DNA of 63,173 nucleotides, filler included, from Reclinomonas americana ATCC 50394 (Eukaryota), in assembly GCA_048213135.1 (NCBI GenBank). It is 4 parts of 3 records of this genome, joined end to end, with 100 filler letters (N's around TTAATTAATTAA, not from the genome) between each part and the next. Parts side by side here need not be neighbours in the genome. Positions count along the whole stretch, not along the records: positions 19,604 to 51,363 come from PS015201.1; 3 more parts are not named here. One strand, 5' to 3'. The notes beneath the pieces were generated by a model. It saw only the letters and a list, made by a program, of their open reading frames with translations. It was not told the origin of the DNA and did no database searches. The stretch's first letter is position 1. Every line of letters starts with the position of its first letter. Below are positions 27,612 through 42,200 of this stretch, one piece after another. The position numbers and the translations under genes are program-made.

Positions 27612-30600
27612 TCAGCGAGCACGGGTGCACATCTCTGGAACAGTGATGGTCGGCTCGAAGTACTGTGTGCCCTCGGGAAGACCACCAGGGTTTTGCGCCT
27701 CGCCCTGCGAATGAATTGAAGTCAGCTTAAGGCACAAAGGGAGAGGGACAGAGAAAAAGAGAGAGAAGAGAGAGAGAAGAGAGGTATCTCAACCATTGAC
27801 ATCCCCCACGCATATGTGCTGTGCTTCTGCAGCAATACGCTCTTTGTTCCGTGAGAGTAAACACGCAAATATCTGCATCTGACATTTAACGCAGATGTGC
27901 GACATCCTCTGCGTCCATGCGACTGAAACTTGCTTGCTATCACACTCACTCCCTTTGCCTCACTCACAAATCTTGCCGCGTTGCAGTGCACAAGAATGCA
28001 CACTCATTGCGCGCCTATCTACTCCTGCTGTCAAAATGTCGCCCTTTCCTCACCATCCTCTTCTCCGTCTCCCTCTCCCTCTCCCTCTCCCTCTCCCTCT
28101 CCCTCTCCCTCTCCCTCTCCCTCTCCCTCTCCCTCTCCCTCTCCCTCTCCTTCCCCCCTTTTCCTTTTTCATCACTCACCGGTGGCCCCCGTGCGATTTC
28201 TGGCTCATCGCCCAACTCCAGAATCTGCGCCATCATGTACTCGCCACTGCAAAACATCCTGCACCGGCACACGCATGTCAGCATTTCACCCTTGTTTGCA
28301 CAGTGAATGAGGCGCAAACAACACGCAACATGGCCGCCAGTTGCTGCTGCGGGATCACCGAGTACTGCGCCGGCGAAATCACAATGCGATCACTGGCCCT
28401 GTGAATCGCCTCATACGCAAAGCCATCCCGCGGAGGCTCGCCACTGCCAAAGCGCATGCGGCGGAACAAAGCAATGCACTCGCGACCTTGGTTGACGGTG
28501 CCGCGAAGACTGCAACGGGAAAATCAGCGCGCAAGGACGAGAACGGCACACAACAGAGTAACCATGGACGCAACTCGTCGACCTCCACACGACGACTCAA
28601 CACGGCACGTGCACGAATACCCGTGTTGACGGACAAATCCACGTGCTCCACAACAGTCTCCATCTCCGCCTCGACCATCACCATGCGCTGCAGCTCCGAG
28701 ACCGGGGTACGAATTGAGCTGCACATACAGAGGGGGAAAGTGTCAAAGAATGCACAGAACGAGAATGTTCAAAGAAGAACAAACCAGTCGCCGCGGCGGT
28801 CACCAAAGCGCTGCAGGACCAAGTCGGCAATGGCCAGCATGTTCTTGTTGAACGCGGGACCACGTTCCTGCCAAAAGCTGGCCACGTCAATGTGGTGCAG
28901 GCACGCGTGCACAATGTCGGCACACTGCTTGGGCGTCGGCAGCAGGTCGTCGAGCATCTCAGGGCTGACAGGGCCGGAGGCGGGAAGCCTGGTGGGAGGG
29001 GAAGGGATGTAAGAAGGGGAATACAGGGAAGTAGGCTCCGAGGACGAGGAGGAGGCAAAGAGGGGGGAAAGGAGGAGGAAAGAATGAAGAGACTGCAGAG
29101 ACAGCAGACGAGAGACCAATGCAGCACGAGGGAGAGTGAGCGGCATGGAGAGAGTGAGAGAGAGAGAGAGAGAGGAGGAGTAGGAAGGAAAGGGGAAAGA
29201 GGGAGGAACAAGAAGCAGCATAGATCCAGTTGCAAGAAGAGTGAATGGGGACACAGAAGAGAATGAGAGAGACAGAGAGAGCGAGAGAGGCTGCGGCGAT
29301 GCTGAAATGAAGACGAGGAGACACTGCATGAGTGTGAAAAAGATGCGTGCATAGAGAGAAGGATTGGAGGCAGATGACGTCGTAAGGTGAATGTAACAAG
29401 CAGACGCCACTCGCAAATGCATCAGGGTGCGTCGAATGACTGTCGTTATCACAACTGATGCAAGTCAAGTGCAGAGTACAAGAAAAGGGGAAATCCAAGA
29501 ATGCAGCATCGGGGGAGAGGACTCATGGAAAGAGTGACAAGGAGAGAGAAGCACAGCGAGACATTGAGAGAGTCTACACGTCTGTGAGGAGAGAGAGAGA
29601 GAGAGCGAGAGTGTGAAGAGGGAGAGCGCACGCGTATGACTTGCCAGGGTTGAAGCAACAACTTGCAACATACACAAAACATGACTCGGAATAAGAAAGA
29701 AGGAGGGAGAAAAACCAGACGACGAAGGCTTCCTTTCAACAACTCACATCCACCCTCTCTGTCTCTCTTTTTCTCTGTCTCTTTTCCCTCTCTTTTCTCT
29801 CTTTCTCTCTTCCTCTCTCTTCCTCTCTCTTCCTCTCCCTTCCTCCTCTTTTCTCTCTTTCTCTCTATTTCTCTCTATTTCTCTCTTCCTCTCTCTTTCC
29901 CTTCTCTTCCTTTCCCCTCTCACTTCCCCTCCCTCCCCCTTCCCCAAATCCCTCTTCCCCCTTCTTTCCCTTTCCTAACCTATCCCTCGGCGGCATGCTG
30001 GCCGTGGTCATACCCAGCTCCACCAGCGCATTCCCGGCATCCCTCGCCCGATCACACATGGACAGCACAAAGAGCACACGCTGCAGAAGCGTGGTGGAAA
30101 TTGCGTCGTCCTCCTCGTCGTCCATGCCGCCGACCATGCCGGGGCTCACCGAGTCGAGCAGACCCAGATGTTGGAGGAGGATGAATCGCGCCTCAATGAG
30201 CCGCTGGCAGCGCTTCTCCAGTCGCGCCAGTGCACGTTCCAGATCGGCATTGTTGCCCGAGAGCAGGTCGAGCTTTGGCTGCACAGATTCGATCTGCCGC
30301 TGCAGCACCACGCGCTCTTGCTCCAGCGAGTGCACCAGCGCTTGCAGGTTGGTCAGCTGCGAGGAGGCCACTGTGGTGTGGAGAAGGGAAAGGGGGAGAG
30401 AGGTGAGGCATCCATCAAGTGTGCCAAAGAGCGTGTACACGCAACATGTCAACGACGTCTGCATCGAATCGGCCTCGCCGAGTCGCTCCTCCAGCTGTCG
30501 GATGCGACCATCGCTCACGTGCTCACGCTCCGTGGCCACCGCCGCAGCATGTCGCAGGCTCTCCACTTGCGCCTCCAGTGTCGCCGCCATTTCCTCGGCC

Positions 30601-31580
30601 GTTCGCAACTGGCCGCGCAGCTCCACACCACGCTCCTCCAGCTCGTCGCGTTGTGCCGTGAGACGCTTCACCGATTCCTTAAGTGCAATCATCTGTGACA
30701 GTGGTCAGCCACTCAGAATTGCAATGGACAGATAATAAAGAGACACTCACCTCCTGCTGTGCCCTGGTGGCGGCCGCATCTCGCTCGCCCTCCGCCTGTA
30801 TCACCATTGAAGTCAGCAAACCCCTTCTCACGAAATTCCCCACATTGGCAAACGCACCGCTGCCAGTGACTCGCGCAGCTGCGCCACATTTGCCTGCAAC
30901 TCGGCAATCCGCTCCGACGTGGTGGAGGAGCTGGAGAGAATCTCCTGCGATTGCAGCTTGGCACGCTCGACCTCGCGAGCCAACAACTCGGCACGCTCCG
31001 CGGCTTGTGTCCTCTGTTGCTTGAGCTGGTCGATCTCGTCGCGCGACAAAATGAGATTGGCCCGCACACTCTCCAACTCGCTGGCCGACTGCGCGTTCAG
31101 CCGGGTGACCTCGCTCTGCAGTGCGGCCTCGCGCGTTGTCTTCTCCTCCAATTGTTGCTGCAGGGCCAGCAGTTGTGCGCGGGAGGCCTCCAAGTCCGAA
31201 CGCAGGCCGGTCACCCTGTATGAGGGAAAGGGGGTTAGGAGAGAGGATGAGGGGGAAGGAGAAGGAGCAGTGGTGCGAGAGAAAAAGGGGGAAATGAAGA
31301 GAAAGGACAGTGAAGAGATGAGTGAGAGAGAGAGAGAGAGAAAGTGTAAGGGAAAGGAGGACAACGAAACAGAGCGGTGAGACTGAGGACCGAAGAAGAG
31401 AAACAAGGAAGGTTCAATAGCAACGGCTGGCTGACGAAGGAAACGAACAAGGAACGAGGGAGAGTGAAACAAAGGCAATCGAAGAAGAGGAAAACAGGGA
31501 TGTGGGAATACAGACGAGAGATGAAGTAAAAGAGAAGACAAAAACGGATAAGAAAGAGAAATTGAGATGGCTGTCGCAAG

Positions 31581-31622
<42 letters not shown>

Positions 31623-34600
31623 GAACTACTGTTGGTTGTTTCGTCGTTCCTTCCCTTTCCCCGTTCCCCCCGTCCCCCCTACCCTACCTTACTTTACTTT
31701 ACGTACTACTTACCTTTACGTTACNNNNNNNNNNNNNNNNNNNNNNNNNNNNNNNNNNNNNNNNNNNNNNNNNNNNNNNNNNNNNNNNNNNNNNNNNNNN
31801 NNNNNNNNNNNNNNNNNNNNNNNNNNNNNNNNNNNNNNNNNNNNNNNNNNNNNNNNNNNNNNNNNNNNNNNNNNNNNNNNNNNNNNNNNNNNNNNNNNNN
31901 NNNNNNNNNNNNNNNNNNNNNNNNNNNNNNNNNNNNNNNNNNNNNNNNNNNNNNNNNNNNNNNNNNNNNNNNNNNNNNNNNNNNNNNNNNNNNNNNNNNN
32001 NNNNNNNNNNNNNNNNNNNNNNNNNNNNNNNNNNNNNNNNNNNNNNNNNNNNNNNNNNNNNNNNNNNNNNNNNNNNNNNNNNNNNNNNNNNNNNNNNNNN
32101 NNNNNNNNNNNNNNNNNNNNNNNNNNNNNNNNNNNNNNNNNNNNNNNNNNNNNNNNNNNNNNNNNNNNNNNNNNNNNNNNNNNNNNNNNNNNNNNNNNNN
32201 NNNNNNNNNNNNNNNNNNNNNNNNNNNNNNNNNNNNNNNNNNNNNNNNNNNNNNNNNNNNNNNNNNNGTACGTAGTACCGTAGTACGTCGGTACGACGTA
32301 GTACCGACGTACGACGTAGTCGAGAGAGAGATAGACCAGCCGACGAGTGACGATGAGAAAAAGAGAGAGAGAGAGAGAGAGGAACAACTACTGTTGGGTT
32401 CTTGTCTCTCTTTTCCTCCCCCCGCCCCCCTCCCAACTCTTTAATTTGCCAATTCTTCAAGTTCCACAACAGACGCAACTCGAGCCTCAACGCCTCAGTC
32501 TCGCCGACGCTGGTGGGCGGCGTATTCACTGCAGATCCAGTCGCGGAGTTGCCAGGTGACTCGCGCCACCGATTTACATCGCCCAACTGGGCAAGCAGCT
32601 TGTTGCGCTCGCCTTGCAACATCACCACCTTCTCCTCCAGCTCCGCCACCACCTCCGTCATGTCCATCGACGCGGGGTCGATCATGGCGGACTCGCCAAT
32701 CTCGCTGACCGCCGTGCTGCCGTCCATTTCTGCTCCCTCGAGCAAGCGCAGCAGCTCGCTCGGAATCGAGTCGATCAGTGGCAGTTGTGCGTCGAATTCG
32801 GGCACAACCACTTGGCACTCGGGAACCGACTCGAGAAGACCGGGGAACAGTTCTGGTGGCATCAGCGAGCCATACCTGCTGTTGAACCTGGGGAGGGGGG
32901 AATGTGAGGGAAAGGTGGAAAGGGGGGAAGAGAACGGGAAGGAAAAAAGGGAAGGGGGAGAAGGGGGAAAGGAGGAAAAGAGGAAGGGGGAGAGGGGGGA
33001 CAGGAGGAAGCGCACGTTAAAGACGGTAGCGAAATTGGAGACGAAGAAGAGAAATCCGAGAATAGGAATGGGACGGGGACGGGAAAGAAGGGGAGGTGAG
33101 TGAAGAAGCTCGCACAAGCATCTCATCTGAGCAAAGACACTCTTCCTCTTTTGAGCTAACGCACTCTTTTTCTCTCACTTCTGCATCTTCGCACTCACAA
33201 AATCGCTCATTCAATCGAGTGACACCTTCCCTTCTATTTTCTCACGCGCGATCTCCTCTAATTTCTTACAAGAAAACAGAGAACGGAGAGAGGTAGGAAG
33301 GGTTAGAGTCGGCGTGAGGAAGGAGGAGTGGTGCTTGACTCGGTCACGCAGCCGTCTACTGTCCAGTGCACACATTCCGCTCTCACGCACCACACGCTTA
33401 AAACTCACTACTCGCACACTCAGAGTCAAACATGTGCAAGCGCTCGCTGTCTGCCTCTCCCACAAACAATCGGTTGCACAGACAGAGAGAGGGAGTTAAA
33501 GAAGAATGCGTGAGAGTGTGAGTGTACGTCAGAGCAAATGCGACTCTGATGGTCCTTCCCTCTACCTAGTTTGCTGTCTCTTCCCTTCTCGCTTCCTCTT
33601 CCCTTCCTCCTTGCCCTCCGCCCTCTCCCTTCTCCCCCTCCTCCCTTCCCCTCTTTACCCTTTGCACTCACCGCTGTCTCCTGCTCATCTCCTTATCGCG
33701 CAACGACAGAATCATGGTGGCCATGCGTCGCCCAAACGCCATGTACTGCACGCCGAATCGCCGCCGTCGCTGCATCTCTTGCAAGGCACGGACATAGGTC
33801 GACGGCAGCTTGCGAATGTACCTCAGGTGGTTCAACTTGGCCGACTCGTTTTGCAACGCCTGTGCGCGCAAGAGATGCAGAGAGAGTCAGGCGAAAGGGC
33901 TGAAGAGGCAATGGCACTGCTCTGACACACCTCATTCAGCATCACTCGCTTGTTTTGCAAATCACGAATCAGCGACTGGTGCCGTGAGACGGCACGAAGT
34001 CTGGCATGCAGCATGCCGCTGGATTGAGCCTGCATTTGTGAAACCAATGTGAGTACACTATCCTGAGTTGGAAGGAAGAACACGGGGGCACGCAACTGCC
34101 GAGTTGGAAATCGTACGCAGAATCTCCTCCATCCGTGCGTCGTTCTCGGCCATGCGTTGCAACACAATGTCGTGCTGGTGCACCAGGTTTACGAGAGCCT
34201 GTCCCATGTCGGAGAGGCTGACGCCGCCCGTTCGTGTGGGTGACAGCGACGGTACGGTAAGGTCCACCTGCTGGATGACGTCACCGGCCTTGTCGAGATC
34301 GGCGTGGAACGACTGTTCACATGTCCGCTGGTCGCGGAACAGACGCTCAATCTCCTTCAGGTAGGCGTGCGAGACTCGTTGTCTGTACACCAACAATTGT
34401 CGGCAAAGGCAGGAGACTTAGAAAGGCGCAGGAGTCGTGAAACGAAACTGCTCCTCAAAGTTGCCATCCAGCTGCGCGTTGACGGCCTTGTCAACGTCGA
34501 CAAAGGAAGCACGCGTGTCGCGGATCTTGGTGGCCAGCTGCGTCTGATTCCGCCGACATCGCTGGAGGAAGTGTTCGAGTTCGTCGCGGTGCAAAATGTC

Positions 34601-37049
34601 GACCAGGGTACGACGCGGTCGCTCCTCGGTGCCGCCTTGTTGGAGGGCTGGGTGGAGGGGGATGGAGGGGATCTGTGGAGGGGGAGGGGGTGAGACAAAG
34701 GGGAAGGGAGGGTGGGAAGGAAATAGGGAAAGGAAATGGGGGAAGGAAATGGGGGGAATGGGGGAAGGAGAAGGTAGGGGGAGAGCAAAGGGCGGAGAGC
34801 GAAGGGGGGAGAGCAAAAGGGGAAGAGCAAAAGGGGAAGAGCAAAAGGGGNNNNNNNNNNNNNNNNNNNNNNNNNNNNNNNNNNNNNNNNNNNNNNNNNN
34901 NNNNNNNNNNNNNNNNNNNNNNNNNNNNNNNNNNNNNNNNNNNNNNNNNNNNNNNNNNNNNNNNNNNNNNNNNNNNNNNNNNNNNNNNNNNNNNNNNNNN
35001 NNNNNNNNNNNNNNNNNNNNNNNNNNNNNNNNNNNNNNNNNNNNNNNNNNNNNNNNNNNNNNNNNCAAAAGGGGAGAGCGAAGGGGGGAGAGGGAAGAGA
35101 AAGAAGAACAAATAGAGATGAAGAGAACAGCAAGAGAGAGAAAATTGAGTCCCACAGGCATAGAGAAATTGAGGAAAAGAAGAGAAAAGGTCACAGATTG
35201 AAAAACAGACAGAAAGAATGGGAAGGATAGCAAAGCCGAGGAAAAAGGAGGAAAACAAGGGGGTAAGACACAAGGAAATGAGAGTCGCCAATCTCAGCGG
35301 AACGTGACCGGTGCGACAACAACGACGTGAGCAAGTTGTCGCATCCAACCTCTTTCTTCCCCCTCTCCCCCTTTCCCTCCCTCGCGACTCACCTGCGACC
35401 ACTGCGCATCGGCCTCCGACAACACCCGGTCATTCTTGTCCAGCTGTCGCTGGCACCGATCAAAAAACTGCTCGAAACTCTCCTTGATGCGGGAAAAGTG
35501 CGAGTCGAGGTTGACGACGGCAGCGTCCGCGGCCGCCAGTCGCACCGACTCCCGCTGATACAACGACTTGTACGCCCGCAAATGATCCGAGCCACGCTTC
35601 ACAAACTTCTCCGCCTGTGTGTGATCGGCAAACAGTCGCCGCTCCACCAGCCGCAGCTGCTCCACTGTCGACGGCAGCACGTTTTCCGAGTAGCACACGG
35701 CGTCAACGCGTGCATCATCGTCGCCCAGCAGTGCCTCTCGCGAGGGAACTAATCACGGAGGTGTGAGTGTGGGTGCACACGCGGAACAACACGGAATCAC
35801 GGGACAAGGAACATACCCACGTGTTCCGACACCGGCACCAGTGGCTCCTCATTCGGCGCCACGTCGCTCACAATCTGCCTCCGGTCATACAAGTACAGCG
35901 CTTGCGACTGTGACGGAATGAATGAGAATGAGAAGGAGGGAGAGGGAGAAGAGGGGAAGAAGGAAGGAGGATGAGGAGAAAAAGAAGATGCGGACGGAGA
36001 AAATGAAGAAGAAAGAGGACAGCCGTGAGAAATGAAGGGAGGAGAAGAATGGGAAGGATGAGGAAGAGGGAGAAGGGGAAGCAATGGTAGAGGAGGTAGA
36101 AGGAGTGGAGAAGCAGGAGCAGGAGAGAACTAGACAGAACAAGAAGAAGATGCGGACGGAGAAAATGAAGAAGAAAGAGGACGGGAGAGAGAACAGAGGG
36201 GAGAAGAAAAAAGGAGGAACAGGAGGAGAACAAGAAACGGCAGAGGAAGACGAGGACGAGGAGTGCGTGCAAGACGACGAACAACAGGATGAATGAAGAC
36301 GCTTTGTTTCTTGGACTATCCCTGCGGTTTACATAAGAGAAGAAGGGAGAATATGGGAAGGATGTGGAAGAGACGGTGGAGAACAAGAAGAGGAAGAGGT
36401 GAGAAGCAAGGAAGAAATCGAGGAGCACGAGAGAAACGGAAAGAACAAGAACAGGGGGAGGAGGAGGGAGGAGGAGGAGGAGGAGGGGGGAGGAGGAGGA
36501 GGTGGAGAACTGCAGGAGGAGAAAAGCAGCTGTGTACGTGGAAGTAGAAGGAAGAAAGATGGAAAGAAGAACAAGAACAAGGGGGAGGAAGAAGAGTCGA
36601 GGTAGCTGGAGAACAGCGACGGTGTGCGTGGAAGGAAGAAATCGAGGAGCAGGAGAAAACCAGAAAGAACAAGAACAAGGGGGAGGAGGAGGAAGAAGAA
36701 GAAGAAGAGACGAGGAAGATGGAGGACGAGGAAGATGGAGAACGAGGAGCAGAAGCAGCTGCTGCGAGGAACAATCAACGCACTCCATCAAACGCATACG
36801 ACTGCAGCGTGCGATTCGGATCCAGTCTCTCCCCGCCACAAATGAGGATCTGATCGGCAGCGGCCACCAACGTCTCCGTCTCCAGCGCCTGAATCAGTTG
36901 CAAAACACTATCACCACTGTATGAGAGACACGACAGACAAACTGTGACACTGTCTCAGTCAATGAACGAGAGCGCGCGCGCAACGTTGGGTCATCGCCTT
37001 TGAGAACAACCTCGACCGGCTTACCCGGATGCGCAAAGTACACACGCAT
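27612..37049 (-). CDS. ATG11: Autophagy scaffold ATG11/RB1CC1 (FIP200)
   Basis: Ubiquitin-like N-terminus (MRVYFAHPGK..DQILICGG..LYLYDR), ATG17-like helical region, YGSLMPPELFPGL motif, long coiled coil, and C-terminal Atg11/Claw-like domain ending NPGGLPEGTQYFE. Confidence 0.8.
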
Positions 37050-38557
37050 GACTCTCACTCTCTCTGTCATGATGATAATCAATGAGTGAGTGAAGAAATG
37101 ATCAGCCAACTGAACAATCATCACATTCGACGAATGACACACAGACACACAGACACACAGACACACACACAGAGAGAAAGGCTTGTGTAAACACACATGC
37201 GCGCACAGAAAGAGAGCGCGCGCGCTTGTGTAAAGTGGCTCACACAAACTGACACTAGTTGCTCGTGCGCGTTCTCTTGTCAGATACGCTCTCTCGCACA
37301 CGCACACAGACACACACACAGTGAGAGTGTGACACGCACTATTCTCTCAGTGTGTGTCTGTGTGTGCGTGAGAGAGAGAGCCTATTAAAAACCCCGGCAC
37401 TTTGGTCGCGCACGTGTCAACTTTTTCTGTGTCACACACACGCACGCGCACACACACAGAGACAGACACAGTGACAAGAGAGTGCGTTTGTGTGTGTGTC
37501 TGTGTGTGTAAGAGGGAGGGAGAGGCGATGTCCGTGCGATCGACACCTTTTTTACACAAAGAAGTGTGAGTGACTGTCTCTCACACACTCACTGTGTCTC
37601 TCTCTGTGTGTGTCTCTGTCTGTGTGTTTGTGCGTGAGAGAGAGCGCGCGCGGGAAAATAATGGGTGTTGTACCTCGACGTGTCGAGCGCGTGTGTTTGC
37701 TGTGTGTTGTTTGCTGTGGGAGGGCGAGTGACAGGATTTTTGCGGAATCCGGCGGCGATTTCGCGGAACGGTGGACATGAACGCAACTATTGCCAGTGCG
37801 CGCTTTGTTTGTGTGTGCGTGAGGAAATGGGAGTGTGCGAGAGTGTTGGGCGAGGCGATGAGAGACTTTGGAATTCATGATCGTTTTTTTTTACACAATG
37901 AAATATTAATCGAAATTCCCGCGCGGCCGTTTCTGTGCTTGCCGATGGCGGTGGGTACTGGTGCCTTGTACGGCAAAGGCGCAGGTGGGCGTCTTGCTGC
38001 TGTCTGCCTGGCGTATGTGAAACTGCGGTGGACATGCAGGATCGAATTCGATCATGCAATTGGCTGGAAACGGAATTCGAATTCGAACGCGTGCTGGAAG
38101 CTTGTGCACTTGGATGAACTGGAGGGCGCCTCGGCAAGTGGAATGCAGAGCACACCAAGACAGGATCGAATTCGATCTTGAATCTGGCTCACCGCTGCGG
38201 TGTTCGGAATGAATAACAACCACCACCCACCACCGATATGAGCCTCACCAACAACATGACAAGCTCTCTTCTGTTTCAACTACGCCACCAACGTACGACA
38301 TCATCACTGTTTGCTTTTGCTTTGCCTGCTTCACGGATCCGGACCCGGCTTTGCTTTGTTTGCCTGGCTTATGGCCTTTTCCCGAATTCGATGTGCCGTG
38401 TACGATCGCAGAAAACGCTATGCGTCTATGCAAGTGCGTCAAATCCACTGGTCAACCACGCTTAGCGGTGAAGATCGCAGTTCTCGACTTGTTCGGAGCT
38501 CCGAGAGCGAACACACACACACAAGGAACTGCTCGCTGCTGCCTCAAGACTGGTGTT

Positions 38558-38886
38558 TGTGTTGATGTTTTGGAGACGGTTGAACTTGGTCATCAAGACA
38601 GGTGTTGCTTGTTTGGTGATAGTTACTGTTTAGTATACTGAGGTTTTTAAATTTGGAAGAGAAGAACGGAGCAGTCACAAACTGCTGTTCCTCTGGAAGA
38701 AATTGGTGCATGAATTTGTATGCTGGCGTTTCTGCAAGAGAAACCACGGCTCTTGACAAGCGTCGACTTGTGTAATACTTCTCGTGCAGGTGTCCTATCA
38801 CGAGGTCGTGAGTTGGGTGTCTGTGTTGATGTTTTGGATACGGTTGAACTTGGTCATCAACACAGCTGTTGCTTGTTTGTTGGTGA
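38558..38886. repeat. ~60-bp imperfect direct repeat (38558-38619 and 38822-38886)
   Basis: TGTGTTGATGTTTTGGA(G/T)ACGGTTGAACTTGGTCATCAA(G/C)ACAG(G/C)TGTTGCTTGTTTG occurs twice. Confidence 0.9.
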
Positions 38887-39269
38887 ATGAATTGTTGTTG
38901 TTGTTGCTGAAGATGCTATTATTGCTGTTGTCAATTTACATGTTTATCTTTCGATATTCCTGAATCGATCGACTGACGACTTTCAATCGCTTTTTTTCTG
39001 CTGCTGCTGTGCGCGCGGTGAGCACATCGGGGTTTCTTCATTGTCACACTCTCTGCTATCCCCGCTCCTCTTTGCTTGTCAACGCACGCCACTGTTTCCG
39101 TGCACAAAAAACAATCTCTGGTTTCCACAAAAGCTGTACCCGATACTCTTGTTTCTCGTTGCGCTTATGAACGACAATCGCTGTGTACCTCCGCCTCTCA
39201 CCTCCCCTCTGCACAATATATACCCACGCACTCCTCATTACTTGTTTGTGCGTGCACAGAGGACGCAAC

Positions 39270-42200
39270 ATGTCTGGTCATGTCCGCCGCCTCCACTCCA
39301 ACGCGTGTGCTCACGCAGTGCTGTGCATTGTCGCACTGTTGTCGCTGAGCGTGTTGAGCAACACTGCCGCTGCCGCAAGTGAGTACACACCGAGACACAG
39401 CACATTCACCACAAACGAACATGCATCTTTTGTTTCTGGCGCGCGCTCATCTGAATGAGATTGATCAAGAGTTCTCATTGTAACGGTCGCATACGCAGCA
39501 CACTCAACAGCCTTGTGCGTGTGTGATGCGTGCATGTGTCTCCACGCGATGACTCTCTTCCTCGTTATCCGTGCACACGCTCGCATTTCGCTGCGAAACC
39601 ACAGCGATGCATGATGATCGATGTGTTGTGTCCGCTGCGTCAGATTCGCTGCTGCTGTGTGCTGTGTGTCCGCTGCGCAGCGCCCTCGCGCAGCAGGTAT
39701 TACTCCTTTCTCTCTTCTCCGTAATCCGTCGTGCCTGCCACTTTGCGCTACTCCTTTGTTCCTCCACTCCTGCGCGCGCGCGCGAAAACTGACCGTTGGG
39801 CACATCTGCACTCCCTCCTTTTTTGTGCAATGTGTTGTCTCGCCCTCTCTCTCTCNNNNNNNNNNNNNNNNNNNNNNNNNNNNNNNNNNNNNNNNNNNNN
39901 NNNNNNNNNNNNNNNNNNNNNNNNNNNNNNNNNNNTTCCCCTTCCCTCCCTTTCTCCCTCCCATTCTTTCTACCTCTCTTCCCTCATACGCACTCTCTCT
40001 TACAATGTGCACACTCATTTCGCGCGCAAATTTTGTTTGTTTTCCGCAGTCGTCATCTCGCCCTCCAACATCGCCATCAAGGCCGGCACCGCTGGCCAGA
40101 TCGTCGACATCAATGTGACTGGCTCGCCGATCGCCTGGTCAACTTCCTCCACTGCCACTCTCTTCCTCGACCGCGCGTGCACTGGCACGTCGTCGCCGAC
40201 CACTGTCGTCAACTCCAGCACCATCTCTGCCTCGCTCACCTTCAACGCGTCTGGTGACGGCATTGGTGGTGAGCGATATCTGTGCATCGACGTGGACGGT
40301 GCGGGCGCGGCCGCGCGCAACGAGTTTGTGGCCACTGTGTTTGTCTGTTGCGTGCATTTCTGCCTCGCAATCAAACATCAACCCTGGACTGACTCTCTCC
40401 TCCCACTTCACAGACACCATGGGCCGGAGCGAGATGCCGCAGCTGGTGAATGGTCTCGCCGACTTTCGGCTGACGGTGGCTGGCCAGCACTTTGCCAATC
40501 GTGAGCTGGGTTCCGGTGGCTCGTTTGGCTTGTACTCGGCCGCCGACTGCAGCGGAGTGGCGGCACCAAACTCGGGTGTCGCTCTGCGAGCCAGTGATCC
40601 CTCCGGCTTCTACACCGTGTTCTCGGTGGCCACTGGCGCGTCATTCGCGCAGGGTGCTCTGGGGGCGACGGCTGCCGGCTCATGCTCGCTGGCGTCGCCG
40701 GGCGTGTACTATCTGTGTGGCAAGTTGCGTTTATATTGCGAGCGAGCGAGAGAGAGAGAGAGACGGCACTGGTTGCATTCTGTGCCATGCAAGCCTCCGA
40801 AGGTTGTCTCCTCTCTCGCACTTGCGCGGCCTTCATCGACTGCCTTGCAGTTTGTCTTCTTCTCCCTTTCCCTACCCCCCTCACCGTTGTCCACACCATC
40901 AGGTTCCAGGCCGGTGGCACCGCCGTGTACCGCCTGCAGCAGGTCCCGCTCATCGTGACCGCTGCTTCATCGACTCCGCTGGTTTCCTCTGCCAATCCGC
41001 CCGTGCTCAAGTACGGCAGCGCCAACTCGGTTGTGATCGGCTCCTCGGCTTTCAACCTCACCGACTGCACGAGCTTCAAGCTCGTACCGGCGGGCGTCGA
41101 TTGCGCCACTCTGTCGGACTACTCGACGCTGACGGGTGGAGTGGGCGCGGTGTTAGTGCGCGGTGGTGCCGAATCGTGTGAGTCGGCAACTGGCTGTCGC
41201 CTATTCCGCGCGACCATCACTCCGAATGGATCCAGTGGCGGCGGTGCCTACAAGCTGTGTGTGGCGGCCAACAATGGACCGTACGAGTCAGCAGGAGAGT
41301 CTTTCACCTCCGGCTTTATGACAGCCGGTGGCCTCAGTGCGAGTGGCCCGACGCCCACATCGACTCCGTTGACCACCGATGCCACCACGAAGGCAAGCAT
41401 GTCGACGTTGGCGGTGACGGCAACCACGATCCAGTTCACGTTTGCTCGCGAGTTCTTCCGCCGCCCGCGCGTGTTGCTCGGCTTCACCAGCGTCGGTCCG
41501 CAGATGACAAACAATATCTCAACCCAGGCCAACGAGCCGACTGACGGCACTTTCGCATTCTGTGCGGAGCCGGTGGTGACTGTGGCGCAAGTGTCGACTC
41601 GATGCCGTGGCGTGTCGACGGACGGCCAGCAGGGACCCACCATTACGCTGAGTTGCGTTCACTACGATGAAGGACAAGGCATTGAAGTGTGTGACTCATC
41701 GTTTTCCCTCCGCGTCGCTGCACGTGCAGGTTACCTGGCGTACTATGTGCATCACACCAATGCTCTGTCGATGGACGGTCAGCGCACGCTGACAAGCGCA
41801 GCGTGGGCGTCGGATGCGGTAAACAAGAACAGCTCGGCTGTTGCGTTTTGTGTGCGAGTATTCGTCTGTTGCTTCAGAAAGACTTACTTCCTGCCATCTG
41901 CTTGAGCACAGTTGGTGAGCGTGTCGTCTGCGTACCAGTTCGCGTCGGTGCCAGCCGTTCCCGTGGCCGTCATCGGTGTAATGTCGATGCGTCAGTCGGC
42001 TGCCGGCAATGATGGGCGCGTGCGCGGCGACAATTTTTCGGTGACAAGCAGCTCAGCCTCGCGCTCCAGCTTTGTCCTCAAGGGCACAGTGAGCGGCGAC
42101 TCGCGCATCGAGGCGGTGTCTGCACGCTTTGCTGTGGCACCGACGCGCCCCGACAACACCAACAACAGCGGATTCGTCATGCTGTCGGGTGGTGCGTTCT

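Noticed and set aside
31680-32345. TACG/GTAC-rich low-complexity sequence at gap edges (also 17544-17555)
   Set aside because: Resembles pyrosequencing flow-order noise at read ends; the two flanks look like degraded copies of the same intron sequence.
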